Shown here piece by piece: positions 50,738-61,475 of a stretch of 64,000 nucleotides of DNA (positions are counted from its first letter, which is position 1; every line of letters begins with the position of its first letter). The DNA is from an uncultured bacterium (GTDB taxonomy: Bacteria > Verrucomicrobiota > Verrucomicrobiia > Verrucomicrobiales > DEV007). The translations under genes and the position numbers were made by a program. Location: contig CAXBMO010000006.1 of NCBI GenBank assembly GCA_963977015.1, positions 281,023 to 345,022 of the forward strand. Direction: 5' to 3'. Below the pieces are notes generated by a model. It was not told where the DNA came from and ran no database searches. It was given only the letters and a program-made list of their open reading frames with translations.

Positions 50738-51948
50738 AACCCGTTCGCACCATTGTTCAGATTGTCGGGGCCCTGCTGGTCCTGGGGGTGGCGATTGTCG
50801 CTGCTCTCATTTTGTTGAAAACCGCGCCAAAAGTCGAGCCGGAGGAAGAAAAACAAGCGGCGAAGATCGTCCAGGTCATTGATCTTCGCCCGAGCAACGA
50901 GCGCATTTATGTGACGGCGTGGGGCACGGTGATTCCGGCGCGTGAAGTCATCATGCGGCCCCAGGTCAACGGCCGGGTGATTGGCCATCACGAGGCGCTC
51001 GTTCCAGGAGGGCGCCTGGAGATGGGGGCGGAATTGGTGCGGATTGATCCGTCGGATTACGAGATGGCCCTGATTGAAAGCGAGGCGGAATTGGAGAATG
51101 CCCGGTTTGACTTTGAAGTCGAGCGCGGTCGCCAGATCATCGCGAAACGGGAATGGGATCAGTTGCGGGCCGACGTGCCCGATGCCGATGCCAATCCTTC
51201 GCTCGCGCTCCGCGAACCGCACCTGCGTAAATCCGAGGCGATGGTGGCCAAAGCCGAGAACGCGATTGAACGCGCCAAACTCGATCTGGCGCGGACCAGG
51301 CTGGTGGCGCCCTTCAACAGCATGGTAGCCGAGGAGTCGGTCGAGGTTGGTCAGGTCATTGAATCCGGAAAGGACATCTGTCGACTGGTCGGAACGGATG
51401 CGTTCTGGGTTCAGACGACACTCCCGATCAATGATTTGAAGCGGATTTACCTGCCCGAAGGAGCTCAGCCGGGGGCGGGGGTGGAAGTCTATCTCGATAC
51501 CGGCAATGGCCAAGCCTCTCCCTGGTCGGGAACCGTGGTTCGGCTGTTGAGCGATCTCGAACCAAACAGCCGGATGGCGCGTCTCCTGGTGGAAGTTGCC
51601 GATCCTCTCGGGCTGCAGGATTCCTCGGGCGCGGGTGAACACATTCCCTTGTTGTTGGGAAGTTATGTGCGGGTTGAAATCGAGGCGGGACGTCTGGATG
51701 ATGTGCTGACGTTTCCGCGCCCATCGTTGCGGGAAGGCAATCGGTTGTGGTTTGTGGGGAGCGACAATCGCATCCGGATCGCCACGCCGGAGGTCCTCTG
51801 GACGCGCAAGGAGACGGTCTTTGTTCCCAATGTGCTTCAGGCGGGCGAACGGCTCATCGTGAGTGAATTGAAGGCCGCTCTGCCCGGCATGAAGGTGAAT
51901 CCGCAGCCGCTTGAAGATGGCGGTGATGATGTGGCGTCGGCTCGATGA
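50734..51948 (+). CDS. RND periplasmic adaptor (membrane fusion protein)
   Basis: N-terminal TM, PQVNGRV, LVRIDPSDY, LARTRLVAPFN. ATGA overlaps with both neighbours. Confidence 0.92.
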   Translation: MKPVRTIVQIVGALLVLGVAIVAALILLKTAPKVEPEEEKQAAKIVQVIDLRPSNERIYVTAWGTVIPAREVIMRPQVNGRVIGHHEALVPGGRLEMGAELVRIDPSDYEMALIESEAELENARFDFEVERGRQIIAKREWDQLRADVPDADANPSLALREPHLRKSEAMVAKAENAIERAKLDLARTRLVAPFNSMVAEESVEVGQVIESGKDICRLVGTDAFWVQTTLPINDLKRIYLPEGAQPGAGVEVYLDTGNGQASPWSGTVVRLLSDLEPNSRMARLLVEVADPLGLQDSSGAGEHIPLLLGSYVRVEIEAGRLDDVLTFPRPSLREGNRLWFVGSDNRIRIATPEVLWTRKETVFVPNVLQAGERLIVSELKAALPGMKVNPQPLEDGGDDVASAR

Positions 51949-54900
51949 AGACTGGCGAAAAACAGGGAATCATCGCGTGGTTTGCCGGCAATGAGGTTGC
52001 CGCGAATCTGCTCATGATCTCCGTGGTGGTGACCGGGCTTCTCGTCGCGCGAAGCATCCGCCAGGAGGTTTACCCGATTTACGAACTCGACACGGTCGAG
52101 GTGGAGATGGATTACCGGGGAGCCAGCCCCGAGGAAGTCGAGCGATCGGTCGTTTTGCCCATCGAATCGGAGATGCGCGGGATGGAGTTGGTCCGGCGGG
52201 TTACCTCCGTCGCCCGGGAGGGGACGGCCCTGGTCGAGGTGGAGGTTCGGCCAGGTTATGATCGGAATCGTGCCCTGCAGGAGGTCACGGCTGCGGTGCA
52301 GCGCGTCAGCCTGTTTCCGGACGATGTCGAGCCGCCGGTGATCACGTTGGGAAGTGGGCGCCGACGCGAAGTGATGCGGATCGCGGTGTATGGCGATCTG
52401 GACGAACAAACGTTGGTCGATTTTGCGCGGCAGCTCGAAGACGGGCTCCTCGCCGAACCGGGAATCGCGCTGGTTACCTTGCGCGGCGCGCGCCGGCCGG
52501 AGGTGCTGGTCGAAGTGCCGCAGGAACGGCTTCGCGCCCTGAACCTCACGCTTTCTGATATTGCCGAAACGATCGAGGACGCGGCGCTGGACGTCCCTGC
52601 GGGGACCCTGCGAACGCCGGGCGGCGACATTCTTCTCAAAACCACCGAGCGCCGCGATTTTGCGAGCGAGTTTGCCAGTCTTCCGATCCGAAGTTCCGGC
52701 GATGGTGCTCGTGTCAGGCTCGATGACGTCGCCACGATTATCGACGGCTTTGAAGATTCGAGTGAGGAGGCCTACTTTGACGGCGGGCGCGCGGTTTCGC
52801 TCGCCGTTTTCAGCTCGGAAACGCAACCACCGCTGAAAGTGGCGCGGGCAGTCCGCAAGTTTGTCGAAAAGATCCGTCCCGGCCTGCCTCCCTCCGTGAA
52901 CATTACGCTGTCGCGGGATCGCTCAATCGACTACCAGGAACGCGTCAGCCTGTTGCTCGAAAACGGGGCTGCAGGTCTGATTCTGGTGCTGATCGCTCTC
53001 GGGTTGTTTCTCGAATTGCGGGTCGCGTTTTGGACGGCGATCGGCATTCCGGTTTCGATTCTCGGTTCGCTGGTCCTCATGCCGTTGATGGACGCCAGCA
53101 TCAACATGATCTCGCTCTTCGGATTTATCATTACCCTGGGGATCGTCGTCGACGATGCGGTGGTCGTGGGGGAAGACATTTTCCACAAGATCTCCGAAGG
53201 GATGTCGCGTCGTGAGGCTGCGGTCGCAGGAGCCCGGCAAATGACCGTTCCCGTACTCTTTGCGGTTTCGACGAACATCATCGCCTTCCTCCCGCTGCTG
53301 TTTGTTCCCGGCGAGACCGGGCAGTTTTTCGAGATTTTGCCAGCCGTCGTCATCGCGGTCTTCACGGTCTCGCTGGTCGAATGCCTGCTCATTCTCCCGG
53401 CCCACCTCGCCTTCAGTCAGAAAGCGAAGGAAGGGAATTCGCTGCTCGCGCGATTCGATCGTGTGCAAACGCGGTTTCGCGAGCGGCTTGATGTGGCGAT
53501 GGAATCCGCCTACCGGCCGATCCTCGACCTGGCCATCCACTACCGATACATGACGGTGGCGGTGTTTCTCGCCGCGCTGCTGGTGGTCGGCGCGTGGATT
53601 GCGAGTGGACGGATCGACTTTATCTTTCGCCCGGAGATTGAGACGGATTTTGTGCAGGCGGAGCTGGAGCTGCCTTCCGGCACCCCGGTTGAACGAAGCC
53701 GGTTGGTGTCGTTCATGGTCGAGGATGCAGCGCGCCGGGCCTTGGAGAAAAACGGCGAGAAGGACATTCTCATCGGAATTCTGACCGAAGTCGGGGACGG
53801 CGGCAGCAATGCCGGCGAGGTCAATGTGATGCTCGTGCCACAAAGCCAGCGCAAGATCACCGGGGAAGAGTTCGTTAAAATCTGGCGCGAGGAGATTCCC
53901 GAAATCCCGGATCTGGAATCGCTGTTTTTCGATTGGTTGATCGGTCCCGGCGGCGAGGCTGAAATCGACATTCAGTTGGCGCATCCCGATCTGGCCACCC
54001 TGCGTCACGCTGCCGATGAGGTGGCCGCGGCCATCCAGCCCTATCCCGGGGTGGAGGATGTCCGCAAAAGCTTCGGTCGCCAGATGCCGCAGCTCAGCTT
54101 TGAGATCAAGGAAGCGGGACGCAGTCTGGGCATCACCGCACGGGATCTAGGACAGCAAATTCGTCATGCATTTTACGGGGCGGAGGCGCTTCGTCAGCCG
54201 CGCGGTCAACAGGAACTGCGGGTCATGGTTCGGCTGCCGGAAGCGGATCGTCGCTCGATGAGCGGACTGGAGCAATTGCTGATCCGCGCTCCGGGCGGTG
54301 GCGAGATTCCGATCGCCCAAGCGGCGACGATTACCGAGACCGGTGCTCCCGTTCGAATCGAGCGGGTGGACGGGGGACGCGTCGTCAATGTGACCGCGAA
54401 TGTGATTCCGGACGTCACCACGGGGGCCAAGGTCATCAGCGCGTTTTCGCGTAAAGAGCTTCACGCGATTCTCGACCGTCATCCCGGGCTTCGCTATTCG
54501 TTCGAGGGGGATCAACGCGAAGAGCGGGAGGCGATGCGCGAACTCATTTGGGGACTGGTTGCTTCGCTCTTTGTCATCTACACGATCATGGCGGCGATCT
54601 TGCGGAGCTACATTCAACCGGTGATTGTCTTCCTGACCCTGCCGTGGAGCCTGGCCGGAGCGGTCGTCGGCCATCACCTGCTCGGTTTCCAACTCAGCAT
54701 TTTCAGCGTCTTTGGCATGATCGCGCTCTGTGGCATGGTCGTGAACGGTGCGTTTGTCCTTTCGGTGACCCGCAATCGCTACCGCGAGCGCGGTGATGAC
54801 CCGAAGGACATCACTCGAAATGCCGCGCTGCGCCGTTTTCGACCGATCCTGCTGACCGCAATCACCACGTTTCTCGGCCTTGGCCCGATGATCTTTGAGA

Positions 54901-55040
54901 CGTCGGTTCAGGCACTCTTCCTCGTTCCCATGGCCATTTCCCTGGGGATTGGAACGCTGGTTTCGACCTTCGTCATTCTGCTGCTGATCCCCGCTTCCTT
55001 TGGGATTGTGGAGGATTTGGAAGCGAAGGTGAACTCCTGA
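51945..55040 (+). CDS. RND efflux permease (AcrB/AcrD/AcrF family)
   Basis: 1031 aa; GASPEEVE, LGIVVDDAVVVGE, RFRPILLTAITT. Confidence 0.95.
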   Translation: MKTGEKQGIIAWFAGNEVAANLLMISVVVTGLLVARSIRQEVYPIYELDTVEVEMDYRGASPEEVERSVVLPIESEMRGMELVRRVTSVAREGTALVEVEVRPGYDRNRALQEVTAAVQRVSLFPDDVEPPVITLGSGRRREVMRIAVYGDLDEQTLVDFARQLEDGLLAEPGIALVTLRGARRPEVLVEVPQERLRALNLTLSDIAETIEDAALDVPAGTLRTPGGDILLKTTERRDFASEFASLPIRSSGDGARVRLDDVATIIDGFEDSSEEAYFDGGRAVSLAVFSSETQPPLKVARAVRKFVEKIRPGLPPSVNITLSRDRSIDYQERVSLLLENGAAGLILVLIALGLFLELRVAFWTAIGIPVSILGSLVLMPLMDASINMISLFGFIITLGIVVDDAVVVGEDIFHKISEGMSRREAAVAGARQMTVPVLFAVSTNIIAFLPLLFVPGETGQFFEILPAVVIAVFTVSLVECLLILPAHLAFSQKAKEGNSLLARFDRVQTRFRERLDVAMESAYRPILDLAIHYRYMTVAVFLAALLVVGAWIASGRIDFIFRPEIETDFVQAELELPSGTPVERSRLVSFMVEDAARRALEKNGEKDILIGILTEVGDGGSNAGEVNVMLVPQSQRKITGEEFVKIWREEIPEIPDLESLFFDWLIGPGGEAEIDIQLAHPDLATLRHAADEVAAAIQPYPGVEDVRKSFGRQMPQLSFEIKEAGRSLGITARDLGQQIRHAFYGAEALRQPRGQQELRVMVRLPEADRRSMSGLEQLLIRAPGGGEIPIAQAATITETGAPVRIERVDGGRVVNVTANVIPDVTTGAKVISAFSRKELHAILDRHPGLRYSFEGDQREEREAMRELIWGLVASLFVIYTIMAAILRSYIQPVIVFLTLPWSLAGAVVGHHLLGFQLSIFSVFGMIALCGMVVNGAFVLSVTRNRYRERGDDPKDITRNAALRRFRPILLTAITTFLGLGPMIFETSVQALFLVPMAISLGIGTLVSTFVILLLIPASFGIVEDLEAKVNS

Positions 55041-55109
55041 AACGCCTCGACGCCGATTGCTCCGAGGTGATCCATGACAAGAACCCCCGGCGCTTTACGT
55101 GATCTACGC

Positions 55110-56333
55110 ATGAGACCACGTTCCCTGATCTTCGGCGCCCTCTTTCTTCAATGGATCACGAGTATGGCGATTTCTGATTCGGAGCGATGGTTTCGCGGCA
55201 ATACCCACACCCATTCGCTCTGGAGCGACGGGAACGATTTCCCGGAGATGATCATCGGTTGGTACAAAGAGCAGGGCTATGATTTTATCGCGTTGAGTGA
55301 TCACAACATCCTGGCCGTGAGCGAGAAGTGGATGGACGTGGAGTCGATCCAGAAACGCCAGAAAGCGCTGGGGCGTTCCGCGTTGGAGAAGTATCAAAAG
55401 AAGTATGATCAAGATTGGGTCGAAACGCGGGAGGTTGAGGGGAGAACCCAGGTTCGGCTCAAGAAGATCAGCGAATTTCGGCCCCTGTTCGAGGAACCGG
55501 GCAAGTTCCACATCATTCAAGCGGAGGAGATCTCGAGCAGTGCCGGGGGAAAACCGGTGCACATCAACGCGGTGAATCTTCCCGGCAAGAATACGATTCC
55601 CGCAGTTCGCAGTGAGGGCAGCGTGCGCGAGGTGATGCGCCAGAATCTCCAGGACGTGGCGAAATTGGAAGAGCAGACGGGGGTGCCGATCCTGACCCAC
55701 CTCAATCATCCGAATTTTGGTTGGGCGATCACGGCGGAGGACATCGCCCATGTGCTCGAGGAACAGTTTTTTGAAGTGTACAACGGGCATCCTGGGATTC
55801 GGCATCTCGGCGATGAAATTCACCCTGGCGATGAACGAATCTGGGACATCGCGAACACGATACGCATTGCCGAGCTCCAGGCGGAACCGTTGTTCGGTGT
55901 CGCGACGGATGATTCCCACAATTACCACGGCGGAAACGTTTCGCCGGGGCGTGGTTGGGTCATGGTTCGCGCCGCAACGCTGGATGGTTCAAGCTTGGTT
56001 GAGGCCATGCGGGCGGGCGAGTTCTATGCGAGTAGCGGGGTTTATGTGGAGGAAATCCGCTACGATGCAGCGTCGCGCGAACTCGCCTTTCAGATTCAAC
56101 CTGACGGAGAGGCGACTTTTCAAGCCGAGCTCATCGGGACACGCGAGAACTACGAGGAATCTCAGATTGGTGAGGTTTTGGCCACGGCGGAAGGCCCTTC
56201 AATCCGCTTTCGCGTTCCAACGGGTGTGCTCTACGCACGGGTCGCGATTACTTCGAGCAGAGCTCATCCGAATCCGTCATTTCCCGGGCAGAAGGAACAA
56301 GCGTGGTTGCAACCCATCGGATGGAGGAAGTAG
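55110..56333 (+). CDS. Secreted PHP-family metallohydrolase
   Basis: GNTHTHSLWSDG, LSDHN, LNHPN, EVYNGH, TDDSH. Confidence 0.88.
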   Translation: MRPRSLIFGALFLQWITSMAISDSERWFRGNTHTHSLWSDGNDFPEMIIGWYKEQGYDFIALSDHNILAVSEKWMDVESIQKRQKALGRSALEKYQKKYDQDWVETREVEGRTQVRLKKISEFRPLFEEPGKFHIIQAEEISSSAGGKPVHINAVNLPGKNTIPAVRSEGSVREVMRQNLQDVAKLEEQTGVPILTHLNHPNFGWAITAEDIAHVLEEQFFEVYNGHPGIRHLGDEIHPGDERIWDIANTIRIAELQAEPLFGVATDDSHNYHGGNVSPGRGWVMVRAATLDGSSLVEAMRAGEFYASSGVYVEEIRYDAASRELAFQIQPDGEATFQAELIGTRENYEESQIGEVLATAEGPSIRFRVPTGVLYARVAITSSRAHPNPSFPGQKEQAWLQPIGWRK

Positions 56334-56419
56334 CGCTCAGGAGAACGTCCCGTTGAAGGCGCGTTCCTCGAGTTTGGGTTTGAATTCAGGGTTAGAACGG
56401 GAAGGTTGATTCCAGAGCT

Positions 56420-56890
56420 ATGAATACCAGCCCCATTGATCTCAGTTCATCGCCCCCGGACATTCAGTCGGCAGAAGATTGGAGCCTCCTTTTCCAAAAC
56501 ATTCTCGTTTCGATGGATTGCTGTACCGGGACGCTTCATCGCGTCAATCCTGAGACGTCGATGCTCGAGCTGGTCACCCAGGTCGGGATTCCCGAAGAGC
56601 TCATGCCCAAGGTTCAGGTGATTCCGATCGGCAAGGGGATCGCCGGGGCTGCCGCGGAACGGCGCGAACCGGTCCAGATCTGTAATCTGCAGACCGACAC
56701 GTCGGGCGTCGCTCGTCCGGATGCAAAGAAAACCCAGGTTGCAGGATCCCTTGCGGTTCCTATCCTGGAAGGTGAGAAACTGCTCGGAACGCTTGGCGTC
56801 GGCAAGCGGACGCCTCACGATTTCGATGAAGCGGAAACCGAAACCCTGGGGAAGATCGCGCACTGGCTGATTCCCCTTGTGAAACCCTGA
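56420..56890 (+). CDS. Stand-alone GAF domain protein
   Basis: [36 protein letters not shown]. Confidence 0.88.
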   Translation: MNTSPIDLSSSPPDIQSAEDWSLLFQNILVSMDCCTGTLHRVNPETSMLELVTQVGIPEELMPKVQVIPIGKGIAGAAAERREPVQICNLQTDTSGVARPDAKKTQVAGSLAVPILEGEKLLGTLGVGKRTPHDFDEAETETLGKIAHWLIPLVKP

Positions 56891-56969
56891 TTCATGTTCA
56901 ACCAAGCGCTTCGGCTCGCCCGAACTGCGGCCTTGTGGTAAGGAATACGAGTTCGAACTGAGTCGCCCC

Positions 56970-58835
56970 ATGAGTCAAGCGCCCAACGAGTCCGCAAAGG
57001 AGCAGCGTCTGCAAGGTGCGATCGCGGTGCTCGCGATACTCACCATCGTCATTCATCTCATCCTGCGATTTGGCCTGAAGCTCTCTCCCGAAGCGTCGAA
57101 CGTTCCCCTCTGGATCGCCTTTGTCTTCGGAGGGACCCCGTTGGTCTGGAGCCTGTTGGGCAATCTGATTCGGCGCGAGTTTGGCTCCGACTTGTTGGCC
57201 GGGATCTCCATCGTCACCTCCCTGTTTCTGGGCGAATACCTTGCCGGCACCCTCGTGATTCTGATGTTGTCAGGCGGAGAGGCGCTGGAGGCATATGCCG
57301 TGCGCGGGGCGTCGTCCGTGCTCAAAGCGCTCGCGGCTCGCATGCCCTCCGTCGCCCATCGCAAAGCGGAATCTTCCTTTGTCGATATCGAACTGGAAGC
57401 AGTGGAAGTGGGGGACTTGTTGGAAGTGTTGCCCCATGAGATCTGCCCGGTCGACGGCACGGTGGTGGAGGGACACGGCGTGATGGACGAATCCTACCTG
57501 ACTGGTGAACCCTACGTGATTTCGAAGACGCCGGGATCGCAGGTGATTTCCGGAGCGGTCAATGGAGAGTCTGCGCTCACCATTCGCGCCGACAAACTGG
57601 CGATCGATTCTCGATACGCCAAGATCATGGAGGTGATGCGGGCTTCCGAACAGCGGCGCCCGAAAATGCGCCGGCTGGCGGACAAACTGGGCGCTTTCTA
57701 CACCCCTGTTGCGGTTGCGCTGGCCTTGGCCGCGTGGTTGGCGAGCGGAGATCCCGTGCGATTCCTTGCCGTTCTTGTGGTGGCGACTCCCTGCCCACTT
57801 CTCATTGCCATCCCGGTCGCCATTATCGGTTCGATTTCGTTGGCGGCAAAACGGGCCATCATCATCCGCGAACCCGCGGTTCTGGAAACCGTAGATACCT
57901 GTCGCGCGGTGATTTTTGACAAGACCGGAACCCTGACCTACGGGCGGCCCGAGTTGGTCGAACAACTACCCGCCAAAGACCGGGATGCCGCGGAAGTTCT
58001 GCAATTGGTGGGTAGTGTTGAAGTTTACTCCAAACACCCGTTGGCTGAGGCGATTGTCAGGAAAGCAAAGTCTGTCGGCGCACTCCTGAACGTCGCCAAG
58101 ATCAGCGAAAAGCCGGGGCAAGGCCTGACCGCTCAAGTTGATGGCTGCGAAGTGCGGATCACCAGCCGAAAACAACTCCTCGTGGATCGACCGGAAGAGG
58201 CATCCTTTCTGCCACCCCAGGGCGAAGGGCTCGAGTGCGTGGTGCTGATTGACGATCGGTATGCGGCCACCTACCGGTTTCGGGATGCGCCGCGTCCGGA
58301 TGGGGCCGAGTTCATCCGCCACCTCGGTTCGAGACATCAGATCGAGCACGTCATGCTCTTGTCCGGAGATCGCGAATCCGAGGTCAACTACCTTGCGGGC
58401 AAGGTTGGCATTACCGATGTGCAGGCCGGGAAAAGTCCCGAGGAGAAGTTGGAAATCGTGCGGGCGGAAACCGCGAAGCACAACACCGTCTACGTTGGAG
58501 ATGGGATCAATGACGCCCCCGCCCTCACCGCGGCGACGGTCGGCGTCGCCTTTGGGCAGAACAGCGACGTTACCGCGGAAGCCGCCGGAGCCGTGATCAT
58601 GGACAGCTCGCTCCGCAAGGTGGATGAGTTGATGCACATCAGCCAGCGCATGCGCCGGATCGCCTTGCAGAGCGCGGTGGGCGGAATGGCGCTGAGTGTA
58701 GTCGGCATGCTGTTCGCCGCGTTCGGATACCTTCCTCCGGTGGCGGGAGCCATCGCCCAGGAAGCGATCGACGTTCTCGCCGTCCTCAACGCCCTCCGGG
58801 TCGCCCTTCCCCCCAAGTCGTTGACCGATTATTGA
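56970..58835 (+). CDS. Heavy-metal P1B-type ATPase, P1B-5 subfamily
   Basis: TPCP in the metal [20 protein letters not shown]-x4-G-x3-S-x3-M ([14 protein letters not shown]), QE-x2-D (QEAID). Confidence 0.9.
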   Translation: MSQAPNESAKEQRLQGAIAVLAILTIVIHLILRFGLKLSPEASNVPLWIAFVFGGTPLVWSLLGNLIRREFGSDLLAGISIVTSLFLGEYLAGTLVILMLSGGEALEAYAVRGASSVLKALAARMPSVAHRKAESSFVDIELEAVEVGDLLEVLPHEICPVDGTVVEGHGVMDESYLTGEPYVISKTPGSQVISGAVNGESALTIRADKLAIDSRYAKIMEVMRASEQRRPKMRRLADKLGAFYTPVAVALALAAWLASGDPVRFLAVLVVATPCPLLIAIPVAIIGSISLAAKRAIIIREPAVLETVDTCRAVIFDKTGTLTYGRPELVEQLPAKDRDAAEVLQLVGSVEVYSKHPLAEAIVRKAKSVGALLNVAKISEKPGQGLTAQVDGCEVRITSRKQLLVDRPEEASFLPPQGEGLECVVLIDDRYAATYRFRDAPRPDGAEFIRHLGSRHQIEHVMLLSGDRESEVNYLAGKVGITDVQAGKSPEEKLEIVRAETAKHNTVYVGDGINDAPALTAATVGVAFGQNSDVTAEAAGAVIMDSSLRKVDELMHISQRMRRIALQSAVGGMALSVVGMLFAAFGYLPPVAGAIAQEAIDVLAVLNALRVALPPKSLTDY

Positions 58836-59585
58836 TCCAGACGAGAAGGGGGGAGGGGTTCGCAGCAATCCCGAATCAACGTTGGCGCCAATGGCGCAAG
58901 TTTAATCATATTAGCTCTCCTCCGGGCTCGTCCCGGTGGGTGCGCGATCAACCACCAGAACCGTCTTCTGAGATTCATCGCCCCCACCGGCTTCATGCCG
59001 GTGGAGCGCTGACTCCTTCCCGGCGCATGATCTGGTTTTTGACGGTGCCAGGCGGAGTCAGCGCTTGACTGGCGCAAGGCCAGCCGGGGCGGGGGCGGGG
59101 GCGGGAATGGAAATGGTCTGGTGGGTGGTCTCGGTTCCACGGGAATAAATCCCTGTGGAGACCCGGGCAACTTTACCGATGAACCTGCTTAAACGCCCCC
59201 TAGCGCCGCATCTCAAGATCACGCGAAACTTCTGGATTCTTCCCTCCAAAGTCAGATTCTCCATTCATCATTTCACGAGCTTTGATACTGTTCGAGCGCA
59301 CAGTCATTTTGAGCGAGCAGGGAACTTTTCCCTCTCCCCACACTTTCCGTGATATTTCGACAACCTTGCAGGGCGAATTTCGTCCCCGCCTCCTCATTCA
59401 GTTGCCAAATCGCTATCGCTTCCTGCAATTCCCAACAAGCTTGACACCCACGTTTCGCCGCAATAGCATTCCCACCAGAGGCGGCAGTAAGCCTGGCAAA
59501 TCATGAATCATTTTTCCCAAAATTCGCCCCGAATTCCAATCCTCCCCAATACACAATTCTCCCTGCAAGAATGTTGACTACAAAA

Positions 59586-59625
59586 GGATATCCCTGCATT
59601 TCTGCAGGATATCCACAGTTAGTGC
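59586..59625 (+). other. Cassette 1 entry site (attI-like or degenerate attC): G/TTAGTGC preceded by an inverted repeat
   Basis: GTTAGTGC (59618-59625) is the exact complement of GCACTAAC in attC1. GGATATCCCTGCA-TTTC-TGCAGGATATCC lies immediately upstream. Confidence 0.7.
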
Positions 59626-59637
59626 CGGAAGAATTGG

Positions 59638-60798
59638 ATGAAAGACGATCTTCTAAAAGCTTGGCGGATATTGCGGCCCCTCGTGAAGGACGGATACACA
59701 TTTTCGGAAATCAAAGATCTCGCTGGTTCGTCCGCCCTTCCAATCGAGGAACTCACACACCTTCAACAGAAATCCCTTCCAGCAAAGAGTGCCACAAAGT
59801 CCCAGCTTCTGGATGCCATAGATGACCTCATTTGTAGAGAGGAACAACCTGAGGACTCGATCAGACTCCTTATTTCATTCGTGTGGAAAGGAAACCCCGA
59901 ACTCCGCGAAGAGATCGTGGATCGCTTGAAAGAACAAGGAATCACCATTGAGGATGGCGAGGTTGTGAGCGAGATTCGCTCCAAATCCACTCAGACCATG
60001 AAAAGAGACCGAGAGTTGCAGGTACAAATGCTTCTCGACCTGCGGAATGGAACCCAGCAGGTCGATCCCTCACAGTACGAGAGTGAGCATCTTGCCTACA
60101 ATGCGGCTTTGATCCTGGACGAAGGACTGGCCGAGGGCGACTCGGTCAAGAACCACCGTGGACGGTATGCAAGTGCCGTACTGACGCACTTAACGGGAAA
60201 GGGACATGATTTTCTAGACGCCCTCGACGAAGATGGCCCCGAACCGCAGCAACTTGCCACCCCTATGAAAGTTTTTGTGAGTCATTCATCTGATGACGCC
60301 ATATTAGCTGAAGCGATTGTAGAATTGCTCCGCGCCGCTCTCAGTATTCCAGCATCCCAGATTCGATGTACGAGTGTTCCAGAGTATGGGTTGGATGTCG
60401 GTGATAATACCGATGCCCGTCTGAAAGCCGAGGTGAGAGAATCGAAGTGCTTCATTGCCCTGATCACGCCCGTAAGCATAGGATCAACTTACGTCCTTTT
60501 CGAACTGGGTGCTAGATGGGGAACGGAACTCCCGCTTTTCCCCGTTTTGGGACGCGGCGCTACCTCGCGGAATCTGGACGGACCACTCAAGGCGATAAAC
60601 GCAATTTCGCTGACGGATGTGAGCCGAATTCATCACCTTATCAATAAGGTTGGGTCTGTTCTGGAGCTGACACTTGCCGAGACAGAGACGTTCGCACGCA
60701 AGGTTGAGGCGGTCAGGGAGGCGGCAAAGGATACGATCCAAGTCGAACCATCATTGGGGGCACATCCGAGACTCTGGAGAACACACCTGAGAGGATAA
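59638..60798 (+). CDS. Cassette 1 multi-domain TIR protein (helical NTD, DUF2513-like winged helix, TIR)
   Basis: MKRDRELQVQMLL..LAYNAALILDEGLAEG..LTGKGHDFLDAL (DUF2513-like); KVFVSHSSDD..IRCTS..FIALIT..STYVLFELGARW (TIR with catalytic Glu). Confidence 0.85.
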   Translation: MKDDLLKAWRILRPLVKDGYTFSEIKDLAGSSALPIEELTHLQQKSLPAKSATKSQLLDAIDDLICREEQPEDSIRLLISFVWKGNPELREEIVDRLKEQGITIEDGEVVSEIRSKSTQTMKRDRELQVQMLLDLRNGTQQVDPSQYESEHLAYNAALILDEGLAEGDSVKNHRGRYASAVLTHLTGKGHDFLDALDEDGPEPQQLATPMKVFVSHSSDDAILAEAIVELLRAALSIPASQIRCTSVPEYGLDVGDNTDARLKAEVRESKCFIALITPVSIGSTYVLFELGARWGTELPLFPVLGRGATSRNLDGPLKAINAISLTDVSRIHHLINKVGSVLELTLAETETFARKVEAVREAAKDTIQVEPSLGAHPRLWRTHLRG

Positions 60799-61001
60799 TG
60801 AATTTGTTGTTTTCAGCTACAAGCATTCCAACTGTTCAGGAAATTGCAGAAGCACTCGACGTGCCACTTCTTCAGATTGGAGCGCATCTGGAAGGTCTAG
60901 AAGATGATAATCGAGTCAAGAAAGAGAATAACCACCCTCGCCTTGAAGAGTGCCGCTACAAGCTCACTCCGGACGAAATGAAGGCAAGAATCAAGCACTA
61001 A
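60798..61001 (+). CDS. Small winged-helix protein, possibly the frameshifted C-terminal domain of the TIR gene
   Basis: PTVQEIAEALDV..IGAHLEGLEDDNRV..YKLT. TAATG overlap; the frame is also open upstream through the G5 run at 60756-60760. Its stop lies in attC R''. Confidence 0.65.
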   Translation: MNLLFSATSIPTVQEIAEALDVPLLQIGAHLEGLEDDNRVKKENNHPRLEECRYKLTPDEMKARIKH

Positions 61002-61054
61002 CAATGCGTTGCACCGGAACGCTGATCGCGTCCGGTGAACGCTGACGTTAGCCC
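60995..61054 (+). mobile_element. Integron attC site 1
   Basis: R'' GCACTAAC, L'' GTTGCACC versus L' GGTGAAC (one extrahelical base), inner CCGGA/TCCGG stem, R' GTTAGCCC. Confidence 0.88.
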
Positions 61055-61079
61055 ACAATAATTATGAACTCCCGAAATC

Positions 61080-61463
61080 ATGCCTGCAAAGACTGATCAG
61101 GAACTCACCGGTGACGGTTTCACTTCCGCTGGCATCTCCAGATATCGCCAAGTGATTGATGGTTACACCGGAGAGGTTCATTCGAAGGCAGTTCGCCAAG
61201 CGGATGCCGAGAAGGCTAGTGACATGCCGCGTGAGGTCACGGACAATCATGTTCGGGCCGCAGCCCATTCCATTGCGTCAAGTTACGGCACAAAAGTTCG
61301 CCCAAAGTGGTGGATTCCCTGCCACGTGGCGGAATATGTCTTTACAGCTGTTGCTGGGGTAGGAGCTGGCAAGCTCGATCAATGGTGGGGAATTCTTATG
61401 TTTGGGGTGGGCCTCGGAATTGCGGTGCTGCTCATCGTTATCCGCCTTACTTCGAAAGCCTAA
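61080..61463 (+). CDS. Cassette 2 gene A: histone-fold-like N-domain plus two TM helices
   Basis: FTSAGISRYRQVIDGYTGEVHSKAVRQADAEKA..REVTDNHVRAAA, then two hydrophobic segments. Fold is inferred from the pattern only. Confidence 0.6.
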   Translation: MPAKTDQELTGDGFTSAGISRYRQVIDGYTGEVHSKAVRQADAEKASDMPREVTDNHVRAAAHSIASSYGTKVRPKWWIPCHVAEYVFTAVAGVGAGKLDQWWGILMFGVGLGIAVLLIVIRLTSKA

Positions 61464-61475
61464 CTTACCGCACAA

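Noticed and set aside
58829-59600. Short ORFs upstream of the cassettes as intI remnants
   Set aside because: No R-H-R-Y tyrosine recombinase motifs recognised in the listed frames.
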